A stretch of DNA of 58,941 nucleotides, filler included, from Sphacelaria rigidula (lineage: Eukaryota): NCBI GenBank assembly GCA_964200075.2. It is 6 parts of 6 records of this genome, joined end to end, with 100 filler letters (N's around TTAATTAATTAA, not from the genome) between each part and the next. Parts side by side here need not be neighbours in the genome. Positions count along the whole stretch, not along the records: positions 49,204 to 58,941 come from CAXNAA020007864.1; 5 more parts are not named here. One strand, given 5' to 3'. Shown here in pieces: positions 51,002 through 58,941 of this stretch (its first letter is position 1; every line of letters begins with the position of its first letter). The notes beneath the pieces were generated by a model. It made no database searches. It was not told the DNA's origin and worked only from the letters and a program-made list of their open reading frames with translations. The position numbers and the translations under genes were made by a program.

Positions 51002-51127
51002 CTGAGCTTGCAATAACCCCGCACGATTGTCGAGCGTGGCGGCCAAGCTTGGGTGCTTAGGGTCGGAAATCTACTCATATATCGTCTGACACCACTTGTA
51101 AAGTGCCTCAGCCTCGGCGTACTTGCC
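51002..51127 (-). pseudogene. TPR cassette 16: GKYAEAEALYKWCQTIYE*ISDPKHPSLAATLDNRAGLLQAQ (in-frame TAG; terminal or dead exon)
   Basis: TAG at 51071-51073, weak GAG acceptor, donor GTGAAA intact. Confidence 0.8.
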
Positions 51128-51403
51128 CTCCAATGTAGTACACGGCGCAGGGGCAGCCCACAATAATGACCAGCTCTACATCGGCGGCGAGATGCTGCCA
51201 CAGGTGTGCAGCCGCGAGCGATATGTCTACAATGCCAACGGTGCTATACCCGATCTTCACCGATCAGAGGTACCACGGGTTGGCTTCACCGTAATCACCC
51301 TCTCAGTCAACATCGGCCCCCAGGGCCAGCGAACAACCTTGACACCACATGATGCTGTTCATACGTTGACACACGACTATGGCAAAGTTCCATGGGTTCT
51401 TAC

Positions 51404-51529
51404 CTGAGCTTGCAACAATCCCGCCCGCTTATCGAGTGTGGCGGCCACGCTTGGGTGTTCCGGACCGAGAAACTTCTCCTGTATCGCGTGGCACCGCTCG
51501 TAAAGTGGCTCAGCTTCGGAGTACTTGCC
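51404..51529 (-). CDS. TPR cassette 15: GKYSEAEPLYERCHAIQEKFLGPEHPSVAATLDKRAGLLQAQ
   Basis: CAG acceptor, GTAAGA donor, open 126 bp. Confidence 0.85.
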
Positions 51530-51823
51530 CTGAAATTCAGTATACGACGAAGAACCATCCTGTAACAGTCAACGTCGGACCTACGACGGCGGCGGGACGC
51601 TCGCGTCACCGCCCCACCCCCGTGTGCAGCCGATGAGCGATTAGTCTTTAGGGCCACGGTTCCTATGCCCGATCTCCACGGCTTAGAGGTACAATGGGTT
51701 GACATCGCCGCACGCACCCTCTCAGTAAACGTTGGCCGACAGGGCCAGCGAACGACATTCAACACCACACTATGCCATTTACACGTCGACGCACGACTAC
51801 GAAAATATTCGACCGCTCCTCAC

Positions 51824-51949
51824 CTGAGCTTGCAGCAACCCCGCACGGTTGTGGAGCGTGGTCGCCAAGCTTGGGTGCTCCGGGCCGAGAACTCTCTCCT
51901 CGATCGCCTGGCACCGTTCGTAGAGGGGCTCGGCCTCGGCGTACTTGCC
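51824..51949 (-). CDS. TPR cassette 14: GKYAEAEPLYERCQAIEERVLGPEHPSLATTLHNRAGLLQAQ
   Basis: CAG / GTGAGG, open 126 bp. Confidence 0.88.
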
Positions 51950-52250
51950 CTGAAATGTAGTACACGACGCACAAGCACCCTATAACAGTCAACGGTGGAC
52001 TGAAAACGGCGGCGAGACGCTCGGGTAACCGCTCCGTCTTGGTGTGCAGCCGGTGAGTGATGTGTGTACAGAGCCAAGAGCCAAGTTTACCACGCCCGAT
52101 CTCCACAGCTCAGAGGCGCCACGAGTAAGCTTCGTCGCATTCACCCTCTCAGTCCACGTCGGCGCCCCGGACCAGCGATCGATGGCAATAACCTCACGAT
52201 GTCGTTCACACGTCAACACACGACTACGGCAAAGCTCCATCGGCTCTCAC

Positions 52251-52376
52251 CTGAGCTTGCAATAATCCCGCACGGTTGTGGAGCGTCACGGCCAAGCGTG
52301 GGTGTTCCAGGCCAAAAACCTTTTCCTCGACCACCTGGCACCGCTCGTATAGTGGCTCTGCCTCGGCGTACTTGCC
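52251..52376 (-). CDS. TPR cassette 13: GKYAEAEPLYERCQVVEEKVFGLEHPRLAVTLHNRAGLLQAQ
   Basis: CAG / GTGAGA, open 126 bp. Confidence 0.88.
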
Positions 52377-52663
52377 CTGGAACACGGTAAACCACGAAAT
52401 ATCATCCTATGTTGGTAGTTGTTGGACCTACAACATTGGCGAGATGCTCGCGTCACTGCCCCGCCCAGGTGTGCATCCTGCGAGCGCTGTGCGCAGAGGG
52501 CTAAGGCTACTTCGCCCGACCTTCATGGCTCGAAGGTACCACGGATTGCCGCTCTCACACTTTCAGTCAGCGTTGGCCCACAGTACCAGCGGACAACATC
52601 CTTAACACACATTGTCGTACATACGTCAACACACGACTACGAGAAACCTAAATCTGCTCTCAC

Positions 52664-52789
52664 CTGCGCTTGCAACAACCCCGCACGGCAACGTAGGGTT
52701 GTAGCCAAATCAGGACTTTCCGGACCGAGAAGCTTTTCCCGCATCACCTGACACCGCTCGAACAGTAGCTCCGCATCGGCGTACTTTCC
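52664..52789 (-). CDS. TPR cassette 12: GKYADAELLFERCQVMREKLLGPESPDLATTLRCRAGLLQAQ
   Basis: AAG acceptor (weaker), GTGAGA donor, open 126 bp. Confidence 0.8.
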
Positions 52790-53082
52790 CTTCAATTTAG
52801 TACACGGCGCAATAGCATCCCATTACACTCAACGGTGGACCGACAACAGCGGCGAGACGCTCGGGCCACCGCCCCGCCCTGCTCTGCAGCCGACGAGCAA
52901 TATGTGTACAAGGCCAATGGTACTATGCCGAACATCAACGGCTCGGAAGTACCACGGGTTAGCCTCGCTGCACTTACCCGCGCAGTAAACGTTGGCCCAC
53001 AGAATAAGCGGGCAATATCGACACCACACGATATCGTTCACACGTCGACAGACGACTACGACAAAGTCCCATCGGCTCTCAC

Positions 53083-53208
53083 CTGAAGTTGCAACAACCC
53101 TGCGCGGTTGTGGAGCGTGGTGGCCAAGCTTGGGTGCTCCGGGCCGAGAATTTTCTCCTTGATCGCTTGGCACCGCTCGTAGAGTGGCTCCGCCTCCGCA
53201 TACTTACC
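53083..53208 (-). CDS. TPR cassette 11: GKYAEAEPLYERCQAIKEKILGPEHPSLATTLHNRAGLLQLQ
   Basis: CAG / GTGAGA, open 126 bp. Confidence 0.88.
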
Positions 53209-53496
53209 CTGCAATGTCGTGCATGACATACAAGCATCCTACAAATTTCAACAGCAAATCTACAGCGGTGGCGAGATGCTCAGGCCATTGCCTCGCCCGC
53301 GTGTTCAGCCGACGATCGATGTCTACAGGGCCTAGGGTACTATGCCCGATCCTCACGAAATGGAGAACAAGTTGGCGTCGCCACACTCGCCCTCTCAGTC
53401 AACAACGGCTTACAGGACCAGCGGTCAACATACAACACCATACAATGCCGTTCACATGTTGACACACGACTACGAGGAAGCTTCACCCGCTGTCAC

Positions 53497-53622
53497 CTGA
53501 GCTTGCAACATCCCCGCACGGTTGTGGAGCGTGGCGGCCAAGCTTGGGTGATTCGGGCCGAGAACCTTCTGTTGCATCGCCTGGCACCGCACGTAGAGTG
53601 GCTCCGCCTCGGCGAACTTGCC
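53497..53622 (-). CDS. TPR cassette 10: GKFAEAEPLYVRCQAMQQKVLGPNHPSLAATLHNRAGMLQAQ
   Basis: CAG / GTGACA, open 126 bp. Confidence 0.85.
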
Positions 53623-53911
53623 CTGCAATGTACACGACGCACAAGTATCCTGTAGCAGTCAACGGCGAATCAACAACGACGGCGAAACGCAAGGGGATCC
53701 AACTCCGCAGGCATGCACCTGCGAGCGGTATGTCTACAATGTCAAGGGTACTATGCCCGATCTCCACAGCTCAAAGGCGCCACGGGATGCCTTGGCCGCA
53801 CTCACTCTCACAGCCAACTTAGGCTCACCAGACCAGCGAACAACATGCAACACCACACGACGCTGTTCATACGTCGACACACGACTACGACGAAGATCCA
53901 TCAACTCTCAC

Positions 53912-54037
53912 CTGAGCTTGCAACAACCCTGCACGGTTGCAAAGTGTGGCGGCCAAGCTCGGGTGTTCTGGGTTGAGAACCTTCTCCTGCATCGCCTGGC
54001 ATCGTTCGTAAAGTGGCTCAGCCTCGGCGTACTTGCC
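53912..54037 (-). CDS. TPR cassette 9: GKYAEAEPLYERCQAMQEKVLNPEHPSLAATLCNRAGLLQAQ
   Basis: CAG / GTGAGA, open 126 bp. Confidence 0.88.
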
Positions 54038-54330
54038 CTGCAATGTAGTACACGACGAAGAAACAGCCTACACTAGTCAACGTCGGGCCTACAACGGCAG
54101 CGAGACACTCCGGCCACCACCCCGCCCAGGTGCGCAGCCGGCGAGCGATATGTTTACGGGGTCAAGGGTACTATACCCGATCTCCACAGATCACAGGTAC
54201 ATTGAGTGGGCCCCGCCGCATTCACCCTCTCAGTCACTGTTGGCCCACACGACCAGCGAGCAGCATCAACACCAAACAACGCTCTTTACACGTCAACACA
54301 CGATCACGACAAAGTTCCATCGCCTCTCAC

Positions 54331-54456
54331 CTCAGCTTCTAACAACCCCGCACGGCTACGAAGCGTTGCAGCTAAATCCGGATGTGCCAGGCCATGAACC
54401 TTCTCTTGCATCGCCTGGCACCGCTTGTACAATAGTCCAGCCTCGGCGTACTTGCC
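54331..54456 (-). CDS. TPR cassette 8: GKYAEAGLLYKRCQAMQEKVHGLAHPDLAATLRSRAGLLEAE
   Basis: CAG / GTGAGA, open 126 bp. Confidence 0.85.
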
Positions 54457-54735
54457 CTGAAACGTAGTACACGACGCACAAGCATCGGGTGACAGTACAC
54501 ATCGGGCCTACAACGGCGGCAAGACACTCGGTCACAGCCACGTTCAGGTGTCCTGGCGAGCGATATGTCTAGAGAACTGAGAGTACTATGCCCAATATTC
54601 CCCACCCAGCGGCACAACGGGTTAACTTCATCACACCCCCCCACTCAGTCAACATTGGCCCACTGGATCAGCGAACAACATCGGCACATCGTCCACACAC
54701 CGACACCACTACGTGCAGATTCCATTGACTCTTAC

Positions 54736-54861
54736 CTCCTCTTGCAACAGCCCCGCACGGCTGTGGAGCGTGGTGGCCAAGCTCGGGTGCTCCAGGCCGA
54801 GAACCTTCTCCTGTATCGCTTGGCACCGCTTGTAAAGTAGCTGCGCCTCCGCATACTTGCC
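54736..54861 (-). CDS. TPR cassette 7: GKYAEAQLLYKRCQAIQEKVLGLEHPSLATTLHSRAGLLQEE
   Basis: CAG / GTAAGA, open 126 bp. Confidence 0.88.
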
Positions 54862-55066
54862 CTGAAAGAAAGTACGCGGCGCAGGATCATCCCCTGTCAA
54901 TCAGTGTAGCACCAACAGTGACGGCCAGACGCTCGGGCACCGCCCCGCCCAAGCGTGCATCTGGTGAGCGTTATGTCTACAATGCCAAGGGTACTATGCC
55001 CGACCTCCATTACTCAAAATTACCACGGGTTGGCTTCGCCGCATTCGCCCTCTCAGCCAACCTTGC

Positions 55067-55326
55067 AAGTGTCGGACGAACAATGATTCATCTGACAATT
55101 GCTTGCTTTAGTTTTTTTTTTTTCGTACCGTGCGAATCAATCCTTGGGATTTGGTTTAAGCATTGCACCCCAAGCATGCGCACTCCAGGCACGTGGAATA
55201 GCGCAAAATTTGCGCAGAGACGTTTGTGACCTGTGGTCAACGTTTTTAGCTTTTCCCAGTAAACAGACCTCGAAAATAGTAGATTTGGTGATTCGAACAA
55301 GAGATGATTCGTTTGACCCTTGAAAT
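55067..55326 (+). mobile_element. 260-bp insertion in TPR intron, flanked by CTTGC direct repeat
   Basis: CTTGC at 55062-55066 and 55327-55331. Removing 265 bp restores a standard 291-bp intron. The insert is homologous to 48081-48348. Confidence 0.8.
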
Positions 55327-55417
55327 CTTGCCCACAAGGCCAGCGAACAATATCAACACCAAACAATGTCGTTCACACATCGACACACTACTACGAGATT
55401 GATACATCGGCTCTCAC

Positions 55418-55543
55418 CTGAGCTTGCAACAACCCCGCACGGTTGTGGAGAGTGGTGGCCAAGCTTGGGTTCTCCGGGCCGAGAACCTTCTCGTCAATGA
55501 TCTGGCATCGTTTGTAGAGTGCTTCCGCCTCGGTGTACTCGCC
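55418..55543 (-). CDS. TPR cassette 6: GEYTEAEALYKRCQIIDEKVLGPENPSLATTLHNRAGLLQAQ
   Basis: CAG / GTGAGA, open 126 bp. Confidence 0.88.
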
Positions 55544-55833
55544 CTGCAATTTAGTACATGACGCAGGCGAGCCCACATCAGCCAACGGCGAACCTACAAC
55601 GATGGCGATACGCTCTTGTTGACGCTCTGCCCAGGTGTCCCGCCGGCGAGTTTAACGCCTACATGGCGAAAGGCACTATACCCGATCGTCGCGGCTTGAA
55701 GGTACAACGAGTTGGCATCGCCGCACCCATCCTGAGTCAACATTGGCTCACAGGACCAGCGAGTAATATCCACACCACACAATGTCGTTCAAACGTCTCA
55801 ACACAACTACAGCAGACTTGCATCCACTCTCAC

Positions 55834-55959
55834 CCGAGCTTGAAACAACTCCGCACGGTTATGGAGCGTGGTGGCCAAGTTTGGATGCTCCGGACCGAGA
55901 ACTTTCTCCAGCATCGCTTGGCACCGCTCGAAGAGTGCCTCCGCCTCGGCGTACTTGCC
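55834..55959 (-). CDS. TPR cassette 5: GKYAEAEALFERCQAMLEKVLGPEHPNLATTLHNRAELFQAR
   Basis: TAG / GTGAGA, open 126 bp. Confidence 0.85.
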
Positions 55960-56250
55960 CTACAAAGTTGGGCATGACACAGAAACAGCCTATAAGAGTC
56001 AACGGTGGGCCTACAATGGTGGCGGGACACTGAGGCCACCGCCACCGCCCAGGTCTGCTGCCGGCTAGTAATGTGTCTACAGCGTCGAGGGAACTATGCC
56101 CGATCTCCACGGCTCAGAGGTACCATGGGGTGGCTTAGCCGCACCAACCCTCTCAGTCAACGTTGGACCAAATAATCAGCAAGCACCAACACCAAACAAC
56201 GTCATTATGATACGAACATACGACCACGACAAGGTTCCATTGGCCTTCAC

Positions 56251-56376
56251 CTGAGTTTTCAACAACCGCGCACGGTTGTCGAGCGTGGCGGCCAAGGTTG
56301 GGTGCTCCTCGCCAAGAATCTTCTCCTCAATCGCCTGGCACCGCTTGTAGAGTACCTCCGCCTCGGCGTATTTTCC
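56251..56376 (-). CDS. TPR cassette 4: GKYAEAEVLYKRCQAIEEKILGEEHPTLAATLDNRARLLKTQ
   Basis: CAG / GTGAAG, open 126 bp. Confidence 0.88.
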
Positions 56377-56606
56377 CTGCGATGTGAAAGATGGTGCACA
56401 AGTATCCAAACATCAACTACGGACCTTTAACCTCGGCGAGACGCACGGGCCATCACACCACCCAGCTGCGCAGCCGGCGAGAAACGTGTGTACATGGCCA
56501 ACGGTGCAGCGGGATGGCTTCGCCGCACCAACTCCATCAGTCAACGTTGGCCAATAGGACCAGCGTACAAAATCGACACTTACCACATGTCGACACACGC
56601 TCTCAC

Positions 56607-56732
56607 CTGAGCTTGCAAGAATCCCGCATGGTTATGGAGCGTGGTGGCTAAGCTCGGGTGTTCAGGACCAAGAACCTTCTTTTGCATCGCCTGGCACCGC
56701 TCGTAAAGCGGCTCAGCCTCGGCGTACCTTCC
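56607..56732 (-). CDS. TPR cassette 3: GRYAEAEPLYERCQAMQKKVLGPEHPSLATTLHNHAGFLQAQ
   Basis: CAG / GTGAGA, open 126 bp. The following intron is shortened to 230 bp by deletions. Confidence 0.88.
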
Positions 56733-56931
56733 CTGCAATATGGCACATAACGCACAAGAATCATGCAACAAGTCAACCGTGGATTTCCAAAGGCGTCGAG
56801 ACGCTCGGGTAACCGCCCCGCCCAGGTGTGCGTCCAGCGAGCGATATACCTACGGGGCCAAGGATACTATGCCCCACCTCCACGGCTCAGGGGTACGACG
56901 AGTTGGCCCTGCTCTACTCACCCCTTCAGTC

Positions 56932-57462
56932 AACGGACCCTCAATGGGGTTGGCGTCTCTTAGCAATGACGCTAAAAAACACGCCACTCACTGAGTACGT
57001 TGGGCACCCCAAATTACCGGGGTTTCTTGCGCGCTGCCTTTTTTTTTCGGTATGCATGATAGTGGTCGGGCTTGATCATATTGTGCGGGGTGGTAGAACC
57101 TAAAGTCCGCGCTGAGGGAAGGATCATACTACGTAGTGTTCAAATGGAGAGACACCCATGAGGTAGTGTGGAACACGTGGCTGTCTCTGGAAGTGGCAAT
57201 ACCAGAAAATGAGGCAACTCATGAGAGGAGTTCATCCTAATGCAGACAATCAGTACGCTTCGGGTCGAACAATCTTAGCAAGATGTGGCTCACCCTCCAT
57301 GCGACTCGCCGAACACATCACGGCGCTTCGCGCTTGGCGATTAACTGCGAGCCTGGTCCGGCTAAAACCCGGTGAGCTCCGTCCCGGCTTTGTAGGGATG
57401 CGAGGTCAATGGTGATATGGCTGCGGCATGCGAGATGAGTACCCACCCCCCCCCCAACCGTT
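56932..57462 (+). mobile_element. Nested insertion in TPR intron: small AACGG...CCGTT element carrying a 5'-truncated oligo(C)-tailed LINE fragment (~57013-57451)
   Basis: Outer duplication AGTC (56928-56931 / 57463-57466); removing 535 bp restores a 294-bp intron. Inner duplication CCCCAA (57007-57012 / 57452-57457). 57349-57445 matches the reverse complement of 22111-22210. Confidence 0.7.
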
Positions 57463-57561
57463 AGTCACTGTCGGTCCACAGGACCAGGGAATCACATCGA
57501 CACCACACGATGTTGTTCATACGCTGACTCACAACCACGAGGAAGTTCCATCGGTTCTAAC

Positions 57562-57687
57562 CTGAGCTTCGAACAATCCCGCACGGCTACGTAGTGTCGC
57601 GGCCAAATGAGGATGCTCCGGGCCGAGAACCTTCTCTTGCATCGCCTGGCACCGCTCGAAGAGTGCCTCTGCCTCCGCGAACTTGCC
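57562..57687 (-). CDS. TPR cassette 2: GKFAEAEALFERCQAMQEKVLGPEHPHLAATLRSRAGLFEAQ
   Basis: CAG / GTTAGA, open 126 bp. Confidence 0.85.
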
Positions 57688-57965
57688 CTGCAATGTAGTA
57701 AAAAACGAAGAAGCAGCCCATGACAATCAACAGCGAACCTACAACGGTGGTGTGACGCTCACGCGACCGCCTTGCCCAGGTCTGCAGCCGGCGAGCGATG
57801 CATTTACAGGCCCAACTTCTACTGCTTGAAGGTGAAAGCGGGGTGGCCTCACCGCGCCAACTCTCTCAGTCAACGTTGGCCCACAGGACTGGCGGACAAA
57901 TCCACACCACACGATGTCGTTCACACGTTGACACACGACCACGACAAAATCCTAACGACTCTCAC

Positions 57966-58091
57966 TTGAGCTTTCAACAACCCCGCACGATTGCGCAGCG
58001 TGAAGGCCAAGCTTAGGTGCTCCGGGCCAAGGGCCTTCTCCTTGATCGCCTGGCAACGCTCGTAGAGTGGCTCAGTCTCAGCGTACTTGCC
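57966..58091 (-). CDS. TPR cassette 1: GKYAETEPLYERCQAIKEKALGPEHLSLAFTLRNRAGLLKAQ
   Basis: Pyrimidine-rich non-repeat acceptor (...ATTTCCCAG), CAA|GTGAGA donor, open 126 bp. Confidence 0.88.
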
Positions 58092-58941
58092 CTGGGAAAT
58101 AATTGACAAAGGGAGACATGCGTGTTCCAGGCGAAGCCGGATGTGGGTTGTGATGAAAATAGCATTAGCGCTTTTCTGTCGACCCTCCCGGCGGAACAGC
58201 AATGCTTCGGGTCATGGGACTCTTCTTCAATGTTATCGATTCTTCATACACTTATGTTGGCGTCATTGGAGATTCCACTGATGATATGCATCGAAAACCC
58301 AGAAAGCGTCGTGACGGTCCCCCTCATGCTTGTCGTAGAAGAGCTCCGACCATCCTCTAACTTGGCAGTTTGGTATAGATGGGTACTACAGATAGAAAAG
58401 CAAGAATCGTTGAAGAACGTTCAAGGTTTATCTGCTCTCTACCGGCTTCCGGGGGTCCCCCCGTGAAGACCCCCAGAAGCAGGTACATGTTCGTTAAGAA
58501 AAAAATCCAACTTTCATTCGTCCCGAGGTAGTCCAAGCAATGTCCGCACAAAGGTTCGTTGCGTACCTCGAAAACTTGATCTCACACAGTTATGGGCGGG
58601 CCTGACCCCCCAAACTGGGCAAAAAACGTGTCACCGACCCCAAACCACGAAAAGACACGAACAGATCGACTTTTGGGGCTTATTCAGGCTCGTCGGGTGA
58701 AAAATGCCTAACGTCATGGGAAGAGAACGACATGGATCCAAAATTCATATAGAGAACCCTACCGTTACTTTCGTTGTTTCACATATGCTGCATGCCACTG
58801 CGTAGCTTTTCGTCCATGCTTGCGAACGCTGGAATGCCAGGAAGCTAGTTGGGTTGATCCAACCCAACGCACACCGAGAACCCTCGGGCATGGGCGGTAC
58901 ATACATTCTTTGAACAAAGTGAGGCCTTGGTAGACCCCAAA

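Larger units (their letters stand above)
50880..58091 (-). repeat. Tandem array of 16 exon+intron units (~400-427 bp basic period) forming the TPR domain of a probable NB-ARC-TPR-type gene; upstream exons not found in the contig
   Basis: 16 exons of exactly 126 bp, all AG|GG-...|GT and phase 0, each one 42-aa kinesin-light-chain-like TPR unit. The introns are homologous to each other. The intron upstream of 58091 is unrelated. No NB-ARC domain is visible here, so the family call is inferred from architecture. Confidence 0.92.

Noticed and set aside
50880-58091. CRISPR-like repeat-spacer array
   Set aside because: Both alternating parts are homologous between units, the 126-bp part is a spliceable TPR exon, and there are no unique spacers or cas genes.
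51002-58091. TALE-like DNA-binding repeats (HN/HS di-residues)
   Set aside because: The unit is a 42-aa kinesin-light-chain-type TPR with no TALE framework; the resemblance to RVDs is superficial.

Overview
This is eukaryotic genomic DNA, most likely from a brown alga (Ectocarpus-like). That is an inference from the one-TPR-per-exon gene architecture, the GT-AG intron style and the repeat content. The window is not one locus. It is six contigs of 9742, 9741, 9740, 9740, 9740 and 9738 bp, sorted by size and joined by artificial 100-bp N-TTAATTAATTAA-N linkers, so nothing can be inferred from adjacency across linkers. Contig 1 holds the last three exons of a SAPS/SIT4-associated (PP6 regulatory-like) gene on the minus strand. 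Contig 2 holds only repeats and foldback structures. Contig 3 holds the last three exons of a glutathione reductase ending in a PTS1-like SRL, a tRNA-derived SINE, and a decayed gag/zinc-knuckle retroelement with divergent antisense ORFs. Contig 4 holds a decayed APE-RT LINE with nested insertions, hairpin MITEs and the first exon of an ESCRT-III Snf7/Vps32-like gene. Contig 5 holds two candidate exons of a mitochondrion-targeted protein. Contig 6 holds an array of 16 phase-0, 126-bp TPR exon cassettes separated by mutually homologous ~290-bp introns, as in brown-algal NB-ARC-TPR candidate immune receptors. The most interesting signals are: (i) the cassette array, with focused variable residues, mosaic relationships between non-adjacent cassettes, one intron site disrupted three times, and codon-like constraint on the antisense strand of the introns; (ii) a LINE group whose 3' ends carry oligo(C) instead of poly(A) tails and whose target-site duplications contain the matching C/G run.
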